Origin: Takakia lepidozioides
Lineage: Eukaryota > Plantae > Bryophyta
Assembly (NCBI GenBank): GCA_030704615.1
Contig: CM060731.1
Span: forward strand, 23,126,001 to 23,190,000
DNA: 64,000 bases
Direction of reading: 5' to 3'
Under the pieces are notes generated by a model. The model ran no database searches, was not told where the DNA came from, and worked only from the letters and a program-made list of their open reading frames with translations. The translations under genes were made by a program, and so were the position numbers. Positions within the stretch are counted from its first letter, which is position 1, and each line of letters opens with the position of its first letter. Positions 1 through 12,817 of the stretch are shown here, piece by piece.

Positions 1-2065
1 TCAACGTGCCCTGGGTCACCTAGCCAATTGAGTTCTTCCATCTCAGGGTCTATGGCATCAACGCCACCCCACGATTTGAAGCACTCCGCAGCCATTGAGC
101 CTTGCTCAGTTCTCGATCCCTCTATGATAAGCCCCCGGCCTATTGCCAGATCCCCCCTCCCTCGCAGATTTGTAGAGACATTTTTAGATTCTGTGGGTGT
201 TCCCTTGCTCATTCCTGCACCCACCATTGATTGTGACAAGAAGGATGCTGATAAAGAGAGCAACTTTGAAATAATCATGAGGGGAGATCCAATACTTCCA
301 GTACTTTCGACTATGAGCAAGCCAATCTCTTGTAACGTTGAAAGGACTGCTGACATGTCTGCATCCAGTCATGGAGCACAACAGGGCAATCAGGAACCAA
401 AGAGCAGTGGAGTTGTCGGAGCAGAGCTTCTCTTACCATCCCAAAGTTTTAGTTGTTCGGACGAAGCTGAAGCTCTCTCTGGACTCGACGAATGGGATTC
501 TGCAATATCAGCTTCGTCTCAACACGAGCAGCTGGCTAAAGAGTGGATGGAATCACTTCTGGAGGACCTGGCAGGAAGGGGTGGTGGGGACGACCCAATT
601 AGTTTACAGGACGCAGCAGAATTCAAGGGCACCATAAATCCAGCAGGAAGACAACCGGCACCACAAATAGGGAGTGATCAGGTCAGTGGATCTCCTAACA
701 GCAATTACACAGGGGACGATCCCCAAGGGTTGGACTACTTGCAGGTTGAAAGTCCAGGGAATACCCCCATTGGAGGGCAACCAAACGAGAGTGTGGGGCA
801 AGAATTGGTTACCTTGCTGTTAGCTTGTGCAGAGGCAGTATCCACCAAAAGTTTAAGCCTTGCTAATCATCTCTTTGAGAAGTTGGGAGAGCTTGCATCT
901 CCGGAGGGTACATCGATGCAGCGGGTAGCAGCTTACTTCACTGAGGGCTTGGCATGCCGGGTGGCGCGTTTGTGGCCACAGATCTACCAACCCCTCCCAA
1001 TCGATGCTAGCCCCCTTGAAGATGAAACTCTATCTGCTTTCCATCTGCTCAATCATGTCTCACCATACACGAAATTCGCTCAATTTACGGCTAACGACAT
1101 CATATTGCAAGCGTTTGAAGGAGCGGACCGAGTGCATGTAATAGACTTCGATGTGAAGCAAGGGCTTCAGTGGCCTGCGCTCTTTCAGAGCCTCGCAGAT
1201 CGGCCTGATGGCCCACCAGCACATATCCGTATCACAGGTCTGTTGTACTACAGCGATTATTTTTTGGAATCCAAGTGTCTGTGACATGCATTCTTATTTC
1301 TCCTGATCATGTGTTCTACCTCTACGCTTGCGTCTTTATGTTTGTCTTTCCGTTCTTTCTATTAGTCTGCGCTTAAAACGGTTTACTGATTGTGCAGGGG
1401 TTGGCGACTGCAAGGAAGATCTACATGATACTGGAGATCGATTGTCCGAATTTGCTGAAGCCCTCAACATTCCGTTTGAGTTCCATGCGGTTATTGATAG
1501 GCTTGAAGATGTTCGGCTGTGGATGCTACATGTCAAGGAAAATGAAGCTGTTGCAATCAATTGCATAATGCAGTTGCACCGCACGCTATACGATTCGGGG
1601 GATGCACTCAAGGACTTGCTTAGCGTAGTCAAGAGCACAAAAACCCGGGTTTTAGCACTGGTTGAACAAGAAGGGAATCACAACAGTACCATCTTTGAGG
1701 GCAGGTTTCTTGCATCTTTGCAGTACTATTCTGCGGTTTTTGATTCCTTGGATGCAAGCCTTTCCAGAGACAGCAGCGCCCGCTTACAAGTTGAACAATT
1801 GTTTGCCCGTGAGATTCGCAACATCCTTGCATGTGAGGGCGCTGATCGAGTGGAGAGGCACGAGAGGATTGATAGGTGGCGTGATCTCATGGCTCAGGCG
1901 GGATTCGCCAGTGTAGCTGTAAGAAAAAGTGCCCGAACACAGGCACAGATACTGCTGCATATGTTTAATATTCGGGGTTATTCTCTTAGAGAGGAGAGTG
2001 GGGCGCTTACTCTTGGTTGGTTGGATCAGCCACTGTTGACAGCATCTGCATGGAAGCCTGAATGA
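1..2065 (+). CDS. SCL28: GRAS transcription factor, SCL28/DLT subfamily; two exons (<1-1237, 1398-2065); possibly 5'-partial
   Basis: LHRI (LLLACAEAV, MQRVAAYFTEGL), VHVIDFDVKQGLQWP, the subfamily signature DRLEDVRLWMLHVKE, and C-terminal RVERHE and SAW motifs. A phase-1 GT-AG intron at 1238-1397 joins ITG to VGDCKEDL. The frame is open back to base 1; first ATG is at 52. Confidence 0.9.
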
Positions 2066-3099
2066 GATGGTGTGAGATGTCCCATGTGGCTCGTTGGTCA
2101 ACCAAGATTCCTGAGTGTGTCCCACTGCCCACGTTAGGCATCATCTGCTCCAAGTATCACCCCATCCAAGACGAGAGCAGCTGGGGTCTCATCCTCAAGG
2201 AAAATATGGAAGAATCCGACTGAGGGGGCCACAGGGAGAGTGCCACTGCCAGGGATATGTTACGGAAGTAAAATGCGAGGTCAACTCCTTTGGGTCATGC
2301 ACGTGGGAGATTGAGGGACCCACTATGAGCAAAAACTTGTTACATATACTTGTCACAGTTCATGCTGCCGGGTGGGAGGGGCCAGAAGCTCAGTGCCTCA
2401 ATGGCTTCACTGGACTTGGTGTGCCTTCTCCAGCAGGGCCCCAATGGTACTACACCTCCACCTCCCTTTTTTACGTGACTAGCGCCAGGTATATTGTTCC
2501 CTTCTTCCTATGTTTCTGACAGGAGAATGGCCTATCTGTGCAATCACTATGCAAGAGCTTGTGTTTTCCTGTCTATCAGGAAGTTGGTTTGTTTGAGAAG
2601 TGAATGAAGCTTTGGGGGTGGGGGTGGTGGTGGTGAATACAGGAGGATGCTTCTACAGCAGTGGTCTGGACAGCTTAAGCTGCTTCTTAGTCCGCCAGGG
2701 CTGAGATCACATTGCAATTGTGATTCAATCTGATCAGAGATAGTGTCATATTCTGGGTTACAGCAGTATACCTTTTAGACCCAGATCTGTGTGCAAAAAG
2801 ATGTTCTGAGCTCTATGTGGTGGGGAAAGGTACAGTTCGGTCATGGAGATGACTACCTCACCTCAATGCCTGCTTGTCAAGATCATTGGGATGAATGTGT
2901 GTACTTTTAAGGGGAAACACAGACTATATGCGTGTTGGAGGCATGGCATGCCGTGCCCAAGTGCATAACAGATACAACAATAAGAAAACTCTAGACCCAG
3001 AAAAGGTACTTGAACAATCTTCAGAGACTGTACTGCAGGCTTTTCGCAGGGCTGCGTTTGCTTGCTTGTGCTCCTCTTTCAGCTCACAGTCAACAGAAC

Positions 3100-3260
3100 C
3101 TAGTGTTGTTTGCATACTTACCTTTCCCAACCCTGCTTATCTCAGAAACATACCAGGTCTATCTTGAATTACCTGTCTCCCACAAACAGCAGACCACATA
3201 AAAACTCCAGGTAAATCCAGGGAGCTGCCAACTTTTCATGATACTCTTGAGGAAATCATT
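3100..3260 (+). repeat. Dispersed repeat, homologous in inverted orientation to 15710-15880
   Basis: CTTACCTTTCCCAACCCTGCTTATCTC...GTCTATCTTGAATTACCTGTCT...TTTTCATGATACTCTTGAGGAAA recurs as the reverse complement downstream of ADK. Confidence 0.75.
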
Positions 3261-3729
3261 TCAGTGCATAATTACAATAACATGATGTCCTAACCTTCCC
3301 CATGCTGGCTCTATAAATAATGGTTTGATAACTAGTACCCCAAGTTGTTGAGTGAAGGCAGAAACTACAAAAACAGGTTTTACTGTCCATAGCTGAGGTT
3401 GTTCTTCTTGAGCAGGCCATGAAAGTAGGATGCGTAAGGTCTTCTCGTTAGAGCTTGCGGTAGTTGGGAGGGTTGAAACATCAGCTGGTCCCTGGCCGTT
3501 TTCATAGACCAAATTCCAAAATATCCAGACTACAAAAATAAGCTTGTTTAGCGTTTGTGTAAGTTTGGCCATGTTGGTATGTCCCCATTGTGTAGAGTCC
3601 AACTTAACCCAAAGTGACTTGCATGAATGTAGTTGAAAGCTCACTAGCACTCCCTCCATAATCACAATAATCACAGCCTATGTAATGTAGTAATACCCCT
3701 TTTTTACATAGACATACACATGACTGCAC

Positions 3730-4003
3730 AGATGTGACACGTGGCAGGCTTGCGACTGTCCAAGGTTGACGCCGCAGCTTCAACTACGCGTCGCTAATAG
3801 AGTGTTACGGACAACCATGTAATGTAGTAGCTGCCGCGACTATAAAAACATAGTAGTGTAGACACCTAGGGCATTTTATGACTAGACTACTATGGCTTTC
3901 ATGTACTGGCTTTTTTGACTTCTTCACTACATAGTCATAAAGACGTATATGGCTGAATTTTAGTCATTAGAACTAGTCGTGAAAGTCGAATTGTGTTGTA
4001 GTA
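3730..4003 (-). mobile_element. Terminal fragment of a CACTA (En/Spm) element
   Basis: The reverse complement from 4003 reads TACTACAACACAATTCGAC, a CACTA terminus with one change. Short subterminal repeats (TTTTATGACT, AGTCATAA, AGTCATTAG, AGTCGTGAAAG) occur in both orientations. No partner end was seen. Confidence 0.55.
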
Positions 4004-4559
4004 TTGGTCCAAACAAACATTATCACTGTTCTTTGTCAAACACATATTATAGTCCATTGTATTTCTTAGATAATGGACAATCCACTTTGGAGTTGCCCAA
4101 GATTAGCCATAAATTGGTTCACAATCCCAGACCATTGCATACACGAGACTAATTGCCACAGTACATTGATTATAAGGAATATCAGCTCTTATGCAATGTG
4201 AACACTCAGATTAAGATTGAGCAATATGCCAAGTTTTGACTACATGATCATATGATCTGCTGTTGATATTGTAGAGTCCTACTAGCAACCAAATAGAAAT
4301 CATGCAGATCGTAGATCCCTCTTCACATATGAGAGCCCAGTACCAAAAGAATATCAAATTGTGTATACATGTACATCCGTTGTCTGCTCGAGGTCCAGAG
4401 GATCCACGGACATTGTTCTCCGAGCTATGTTGGGGGGAAGAGAGAGCGAGAAAGAGAGAGACTACAGAGAGATGTAATTTGTTGTACATATGGCCTGATT
4501 TTGACAAAGGGAAGGGAACGAGCTTTTTTCACAGTTCGCCCAATCCAACGAGTTGCACA

Positions 4560-5833
4560 TTTTGGGTGTCATTTTTTTTCCAGAAGTATAAAAACCTATA
4601 ATCTTCAATGGCTAGGTGTCATATTGAAATGTTTTTGTAAACTCTATTTTTTAGTTTTCAATAATTTCTCTAAATAATATACTAAAATATTTAATGAATT
4701 ATATCTTTAATATTTGGAGTAGGACTCTTTACTAAATCTGTTCAGTATACATTATAAACATATTTTGGGATAGTATCATCAACTTTTTTTTTTGGTCATG
4801 GACTTTCATGGAGCAGGATCTGCCGTTTTTGGTCCACTCAACCCTGCAACTGCCCGCTGGCGAAAGTGACTACTACAAGTACGACAGCCAAGGCCTGCAA
4901 GCATTCACATCTTTTCTCTATCTTGCAGGCTTGAAGGCCACATATGGCGCATCGTACACCACTAGTCGGCTTGGCCGGAAGAACACTTTGCTTTTTGGGG
5001 ATCTCAGCTTCCTTGCGGGCGCAATCTTGAACGCAACTGCTCAGAACCTTGCTATGTTTATCATTGGTCGAATCATGCTCGGAGGTAAATGCAGGGATGA
5101 CTGGACCAAAATGGACGTTACCGGCATAATTTTAGATGACTGCAATTGATGGTGTCAACAATTGAATTTGAATTAACTCATTAAAACCAACAAATATATA
5201 TGTCATTGGATTCCTAGCTTCAATACGCACCCATAGCAACTCTCCAATCATGAATCCGATAAAAAATGACTCTGCTATGGACTTTTGAACACCGTCGTTG
5301 TGGATTGTTACCCCAGTGCATGGAATTACAATGGACCCAAGTTCTCATATGTGTCATTGGTGAATTCCATTGAAATTTGAACTTAAGGTGGCCATTTTGG
5401 TCCATATCATAGGTATGGATTTGAAGTGGCAAAATCATTTATCATTTGACTCATATGGACTAATATATGTTAAAAAAATAGACGTCTTTTGAACAGTCCA
5501 TAGCTCATCTTGTTTTTTGGATTTTGGGTGTCATTGTTTTTTAGAAGTATGAAAACCTATAATCTTCAATGGCTAGGTGGCATATTGAATTTTTTTTGTA
5601 AACTCTAATTTTTAGTTTTTCATAATTTCTCTTAATAATAGACTAAAATATTTAATGAATTATATCTTTAATATTTGGAGTAGGACTCTTTACTAAATAT
5701 GTTCAGTATACCATTATCTATAACTAAAAAAATATTTTGGATAGTATCATCAATGGTTTTTTTTTTTTTTTGTCATGGACTTTCATGGAGCAGGATCTGC
5801 CGTTTTTGGTCTACTCAACCCTGCAACTGCCCT
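4560..5833 (+). repeat. Pair of ~300-bp direct repeats (4560-4855 and ~5522-5833)
   Basis: Near-identical blocks running from TTGGGTGTCATT...CAATGGCTAGGTG...GGAGTAGGACTCTTTACTAAAT to ACTCAACCCTGCAACTGCCC. Confidence 0.9.
4856..5084 (+). pseudogene. Isolated fragment of a sugar transport protein (STP/MST, MFS) gene
   Basis: ESDYYKYDSQGLQAFTSFLYLAGL...LGRKNTLL...AQNLAMFIIGRIMLG matches the STP N-terminal NYCKYDxQxLQxFTSSLYLA region. No other STP exons were seen in the window. Confidence 0.8.
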
Positions 5834-6584
5834 CCGGGCGGATGTGGGATTGGGCAATCAGGTCAGTCCCAAGACTTCTAGGTCAACCCTGAGAGAGAGC
5901 CTCGTCTGGAAAATATCTCAATACTTCAGACTCAAAGAAGAACGGAGGTCGGTGAGATCTCACTGTTATACACACTCATGATCCTTGAACATAAGACCTC
6001 TCTGTGTGGACAAACTGTGCTATGCAGAAGACCATGTTAGCATCTAGAGACCGTCAATTTCACACATGGCAGCCTCAAGGCAGCAACAAAAGCAAATGAA
6101 ATGGTACTTTATAATGTCCGTGGAAAGCTCAAAGAGCTTATCATGGGACAAAAGGGAAAAACAAGAAAGGAGCTCTGAAACAAGAAACTACAGTTCAAAG
6201 GATTGCCTTAGGATCAAGGCCTCATGGAGATGAGCTGCCAAGCAATTCTGATCCTCATAATAGACGACTTCAATGAGAGATTGGGTTCCACAGAATAGAC
6301 AGTTGAATCTCCAACGGATATCATAGTATAGAGGGCAATAATAATTCTTCAGTTTCGATTTCCTGGTTGCGCCCGGTGCACGCTGGGTATAAGCAATCCT
6401 CCCGTTGAAGGTTGTCCATCTACTAGCCTCTATCCATAGATTGTGGGAGCCCACCCTGAACAGAGAAGGAAATCTCTTGAACCCCCCTGGTTCTAGGTCT
6501 ACATTTATACATTTGCACCACTAAAACCTGTAGAAAAGGAGAGAGTCATTGTCGAACATGAGATAACGATATTCCCAAGCTCTA

Positions 6585-6975
6585 TTGGATCTCTTTCAGA
6601 TCCATCATCTCAACCTGATTTCACTTTTTATTTATTCAACAAAGCTTGATAATAATATAATGATCACAATGATCTCTTTAAGATCCACTATTTCAAACTT
6701 AGTTGAGATCTTACTCTGTTTTTTTAAATTAAGCTTGATCAATATATAAAGATCTCTTTCAAATCCATTATCTCAAACTCTTCTGAAATTTCACTTTGTC
6801 TTTTTTCAATAAAGACTGATCAACATATGATCACAAAGATCTCTTTCAGGCTACTATCTCAAATTCTCTTAAGAATTCACTTTGTCTTTTTCAACAAAGC
6901 CTGACCAACATTTTATCACAATGATCTCTTTAAGATCCACTATCTCAAATTCCTTTGAGATATCACTATATCATT
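6585..6975. repeat. Degenerate tandem repeat, about 5 units of ~84 bp
   Basis: GATCTCTTT(C/A)A...ATCTCAAA...TTTCACTTT...AAAGCTTGAT recurs with unit starts near 6588, 6671, 6751, 6838 and 6923. Confidence 0.8.
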
Positions 6976-7089
6976 TTATTTAAACTCACCAAAGAACTTT
7001 CTTCATATGTGAGTAGTAAACTTCATAGTCACTAAAGTCTCCATAATGTTGTACTTTTGTCGTGATAACATACCCGTTAATCATTTGTC

Positions 7090-9420
7090 CCCCAATGTAA
7101 TGCGATTTTTTCAAATGTTGAATCTTTGACAAATGGATCAAATTGTCTGCTCTCCAAGATCAACCTTAGAGTCTGTGGATCATTTCCAATCCATACAACA
7201 ATATGCAATACGCTACTATCTTTCCAAAATCTTTCTTCAGGCTTGAAGTTGGATTAGTTGCGAAGTCAAATTCCTCTAGCTGGTCCATATATATTTCCTC
7301 CATAAGATCTTCATTAAGAAATGTTATACATCCATCCATCTATTGTAGATTCACAAGATTTTCAACAGAAACAAATGCAACAATCAGTAGAATTGAGACT
7401 CCATTCGTGCAATAGGGAGAGAAAGTTTTATTGTAACATTCAATATTTGAAAATCCCTTTGCCACCAGACAAATTTTGATTCAGCTTGCTACAGTACCAT
7501 CTGCATTGTACTTAACTTTGAAAATCCATTTGCAACCAACAAAAGTCCAAGTCTTGTTATCTTAAAGAGACTAAAACTCAAAGGCCAGAGCTAAATTCTT
7601 CCCGTGTGAAGGATTTTCACTCTACAATGGATCTCAAATATTTTGAGCTTCATCACTGTCAATGACATAGGCAAAATATACCTTTGAGGGAGGTTATTTT
7701 TTCTCCAATCATAGTAGATTGCATCTCCTCCATCTGATTCTAATGAACAATCTCCTTTTCCATTTCTCTTCATAAATTAGAGTCAAGTTCTCTGTTTGGT
7801 CTAAACTTGGAACAACTATTTTTTCCTTGACTCATTGAATATAACATCACGACTGTTGATTACATATTTTCTCTCAAGTTTATACAATTTATATCATTTG
7901 GTGTCTTCATAACAACCAATGAAGATCAACTTGATTGATTTTGCATTCAATTTCTTCAGTACCTCTTTTGGAACACGAGTAAACACGTACGTGCAAATGA
8001 TCAATTGAAGTTTTTTAACCCTTTCAAACTTGTTTAGGTGTCTTTAAAGAGATTGTTTTGGTAGGAACTCGATTCTTGAGGTATGTTGCGTCAGTCGAAT
8101 CCTATATCATATATGTACACTTCAGACAGATTCAAACATGCATACATGAAACAAATTGAAAAACATAAGTGAAGACCTTTCTCTCCGAATCCTTCTTTCG
8201 GGTTGCTATGTAGATGTCCTCCAGATGCCACCTGTATGTGATCGATCCAAAACTAAGGGCTGCGAGAGTGTCGTGCTTCATTAGAAATTACATTCTGGAT
8301 TTCTAGACGACTCACATCCACGTCATCCCGCGGGTTGGGGGCCTCTGAATAATAGCGTGCATCTTTGAGCCAGTCCTTCACGAGTATGCAATTATGACGT
8401 ACTGGGGATGTCATTTCCTTCTAAGTGCTTCTTTGCCATATGTGGTATTGGGCTCACGAAAGGGAGTAGCAAGGGGGATGGAAGATCTCCTCATACGTCG
8501 GGACCTTGGCGTTTGGTGCACGTTGCCCCTGGAAAACAAATAATATACATAATTAATATAAAGTCTTTCAGTTTATAGATTCTACCAAAAAGAACATACA
8601 TGTATTTTTTGAGGAAGCCGTGTTACATGCATTGTTTGAGCCTCTGTGACTCTTTTCAAACCGCAATTGGAGCGGAACTTTGCATCTTCACAACATGGCA
8701 TCCCGCAACCCTCACAAAATACTCGCCTCGCCACTTTCTGCACCTATTAAGCCGGACAAGATCCGAATCAATCAAAAGATATTATTAATTGGACTCTGTT
8801 TTTTTTCCCTTGTTGAGTCATGTCCATTTCTTTTCTGAAGTAGCCTTCTCTGTACCCAAAGAGCAACTGAGGGTTTGCAACACTGGAAGAAATGTCCCAG
8901 TTATCGTCTGGTTGTACCTAGATTTGATATAATATGTTTCTACATTGAAAAGTAATTCTTGCGCTAACTTAATAGATAACAGTGCAAATGCACATCACTT
9001 GAAACAAAAGTTGTCATTTTATGACATTGTACTTGATCATCTTCTTCATCAATTGTTATTGTTGCAGCGTAGCAATGTTATGGCCAAGTATCCAAGGTTA
9101 GCTTGTTATTGTTGGTGTCTTCCATGTTTGTGACAACCTCTGGGATTTTTCTCAATCTTTCAGGCTACAAGATAGACAGGTTCAGAGTTGTTAATATGAT
9201 ATTCAATTGAGCCCATCTTTGTAGATTTTTGAACTCTCAAGACTCACACTCTTCAGCCTAAAAATAGTTGTCCAACCTCATGCGATGCAACATGCACCTT
9301 ATATTTTCAAAAGTGTTCGATTCTTGCTGATCTTTGCAACTTCGTTCTGCTCCGACATATAAGGTGTGGTTGTTTGTTTCACCAACCATTCTCCTACAGA
9401 ATTGATTAAAATTCTTCAAG
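7090..9420 (-). mobile_element. Decayed Ty1/Copia pol remnant (integrase, SH3-like and RT pieces), interrupted by unrelated DNA at ~8.1-8.9 kb
   Basis: Minus-strand translations give the integrase piece QTTTPYMSEQNEVA..KNRTLL (~9310-9385) and RVPKEVLKKLNAKSIKLIFIG (~7900-7985). The RT pieces are GCKWIFKVKYNADG..LVAKGFS (~7450-7540) and FLNEDLMEEIYMDQ (~7280-7325). The INT-RT order is Copia-type. Confidence 0.8.
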
Positions 9421-10249
9421 ACAAAGATATCAAAAAAATCTTGTTGGATATTAAGTCTATCAACGAGTAGATACGATGCACGATATGGAGAGCTTTAAGA
9501 ACCTAAAATGAACAAATAACATGAGAGAGTAAAAAATTACAGACGATTTGATCTTCCCAACATTCATAGTGCGTATCCCATGGTCGACTATCCCTCAATT
9601 CGCTACTCTCTGTATTGCGTACCACGAGCTTGTGAAGCAGCGGTATATCTATTACATTCCAGGGATGACCGTAATGGCACCGTCCTAGTAGCACCAACCT
9701 ATTCTGTATTTACAAGTACAGTTGGCTTTTTAAGTTTATCCACTGACTTGTGATGATAAGCTATTATCTATAAGATGTAGACGTGTAGACAAGAATTAAT
9801 ACGGCAACAAAGAATGAGCTGTATAGAGGAGGCTATGATCTAGTTATTTTTAACATTCTCTTATCACCTAGTACCGAAGCTTGATTCCACTCTCCTATCA
9901 CACGTACCCTCTTAATCCTAAGACATATGAACCTCACTTAGGGACCTCACTACATACCTTTGCTAGAGCCCCAACCCCACTCAAAGTAGCTTGGCGCAGC
10001 CCCAATCTTCCTCTCCTACACTCCCAAAAACCTCCCACTCGAAAAATAATACTAGACTACTTCTAACAATTCAACATAATAACAACACTAGGACAACTCG
10101 TCAATGCGTCTAGAACAAAACTCCTCACCCCCACTTACGGCTTTAACCTTAGGTACATCAAGTCCACTAGCCATATTAGATTATAGCTTTTGACGTCACC
10201 CACAAGATTATTGCCATAGCCTTGGCTCCTCATCTCCAACTTGGCCTCC

Positions 10250-11700
10250 TCCCAAAATTTATTCGTGCTAACCAGATGGGGTTTATTAATGGTGCATGAT
10301 TTTGGATAACATTCTCTTTTCTCCTTTGTTCTTTGTACATAAAATAAACTAGCTTTTGACTTTTCGGACTTTGAAAACGCCTCTGTCGACTTTATTGACT
10401 ATGATTTCTTGGTGGGTTTCCTTCATAAGGCTGACTCCAAGGGCCTTTAATTTGGAGCTTGGATTAATTTTTTTTTGTATTCCACATTGAGCAAGGTTAT
10501 GGTTAATGGAGTTATCACTCTTCCGCTCTTTTAGATAGCTGGGCCATCCAATGTTTTTCCTCTTTCTAACATTTTGGGCCATATTTGTTGGATTTTAGGC
10601 ATGACATCTTAGGGCCCCAACTTCCCTTGCCTCATTTTGGGGGATCTTCTAATTTCAAGACATCAATTCATGCTAATGGTATTGTTTCACTCTTTGATAA
10701 CCCTAGCCATGACAACAGTGTTCGGGCCATGCTAACATTCAACTCCTTCTCTTTAGTCTAATGGGCTAAATTGGTTGATATGCTATATTTTGTGTAGTCA
10801 ATGCCAGTCGCAGCTATTTTCCTTAATTATACTATGCGATTGCCAAATATTGGCGATCGCTCGAATATTCAGTATTTAGATAAGCAATGTACTGCACCAT
10901 GGGGCCAAGATGGGGTCAAGATTTTGTTTTGGAAGTGGCTAGCAGATGGTTGATCGCATATTGTATTGGCTACCAAATGGTGTGACCTCAATTGAGTGAG
11001 GGGGAAAGTACATGGCTGGTGTTGTGGGGAGCTCTTCCTCGTGATGTAGATCGTGCATTGGGCAGCTTTTCTTTGATCTCTCATGGGGCAAGGGCGGCCT
11101 CATCAGCGCATCCGGAATTTCTGATTGATTGCGCATTGACTCAAAGGAGGTTCTCCCCTAGGATGCAGGATTCTTGGCTGGCGGCGATGAAGGGGACGCC
11201 AAGTGGAGGCATGGCCGCGCTATGATTCAAATTTTTCAGGCTCAGCTTAAATTTTAATATAGGTTGTTCATAAGGTCTTATGTCATGGTGTCTGCTAGCC
11301 TAGTCATACGGCCCACTAGCTAGCTGCCCACTTGTTCCTCTTTTATGCTCCCTTTCTTGTCTTTCACACTTATGCGGCCTCTTTCCGTTCCTTTGGTTCT
11401 AAGTTGCTTTCAGACTTGGTTGCTTGTTTGCTGTTATGGCCGCATTTGTGTCCTAATTTGTGGGTAGTTTTGCCATTTGTTATTAAGATAAAAAAGCTAG
11501 CTGCCCACTTGGTTATAAAGTTTATTCCACTCTTTAAATTGCATTGGGCTCCCGCACGGTAAGCCTGCACGGCCCCCATGGTGGTTATCTTTCCCACCAG
11601 TTGTGACTCTTCTTTTATTTATTTTGATTAAAAGGGCCACTGCCCCCTTTTCTTAAAAAATAAAAATAAAAAAATGCTTTGGGCTCCGGCGGGCCTTAAA
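10250..11700 (+). mobile_element. Probable decayed 3' part of an L1 LINE with A-rich tail
   Basis: Trp-rich degenerate coding fragments are followed by a T-rich 3' region ending GATTAAAAGGGCC...GCCCC...AAAAAATAAAAATAAAAAAA. This resembles the 3' end of the L1 at ~42.35 kb. Confidence 0.35.
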
Positions 11701-12817
11701 AAAACTCATAGTAGCCTTAATATGTAGAATAAATAATATGTAGAGCAATTTCATTCAGAGGGATTCTTTTGAAGGTCCCAGAAAAAGAGATAGAGGGTTC
11801 GACGAATGAGGTGGCACGGAAAGGGGTGTGGGCAGGGATAATTTAGCTTGTGAGGCCATAATGTTTTCTAAAAATAACGTTGGTCTCGGGCTCGTCCCGC
11901 ATCCCATGGATGTGCATCATGCCTTATGGCATCGCTGGGGTTATACTCTTCCCCTCAATAAAATTTAACGGCCAACGCCATTTATAAATAAATAAATTGC
12001 CATAATTGTTTTAAGAAATTATAAAAAACAGGGGAGGAAGCCCTGGAGATGCATTAATTAGGGTTACCAAATGAGGAGAAAAACAGTAAAAGGACCGTCG
12101 AATCTCCGGCGACTGATGGACACGGTAGGAATAACTTAGTAAAAGAAGACAGTGACTTGACAACTATGGTGAGTAAAGAATGATGCTGGATGCTGAGTAT
12201 ATTCTTTACGGACGGTTCCGCCGTCACTATGGAATCCGCCCCACAATTTTTTCACACAGTAAAAGAGGCTTCCAGACAGTTAACAGTAACGTCGTCCATC
12301 AACTCATCCATTTCAGACGAAACCCGTCCGCAGACCCGACGGATCCTCGGACTTTTCGTTCATGGACTGGATGTGGTTTGAACTTTGTGACGAAGTTCGT
12401 CCGTGGACGGACGCCAACAGGCAGGTGGAGGCGCGGCCAGGAAAGCGGGAAGCAGCTCGACACGCGCTGCAGCGCTGCAACGCGTGCTCGATACCTTTTC
12501 ATGCTTCTTCTTCCACAGCCGCAGCCTCTGCTTTCGATCCATCTCTCTTCTGCTTGCCTAGTGCGGACATCTCTTTGTCGTCCTCATCTCTGGGATCCCT
12601 GGGAGTATTTGTTGTTGTTGGCTTGCCTCGTCATCTCTGATCCCTGGAGTACCTTACTGACTTGGATTTTTTTGAGTATGGCGTTGAGGTTGGTTTTGAG
12701 ATGTATGGTAGCAGCAGGAGGTCTCAAGCTCTGAGTTGCATCTTCGTTTCCTCGCAGTCGGGAGCGACTGTGATATTACGTGAAAGATAGAAGGTTCAAG
12801 CACTGATCGGCGTAAGT

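Noticed and set aside
12180-12734. 184-aa ORF upstream of ADK
   Set aside because: No recognisable domain; it overlaps the likely promoter and 5' UTR of ADK.
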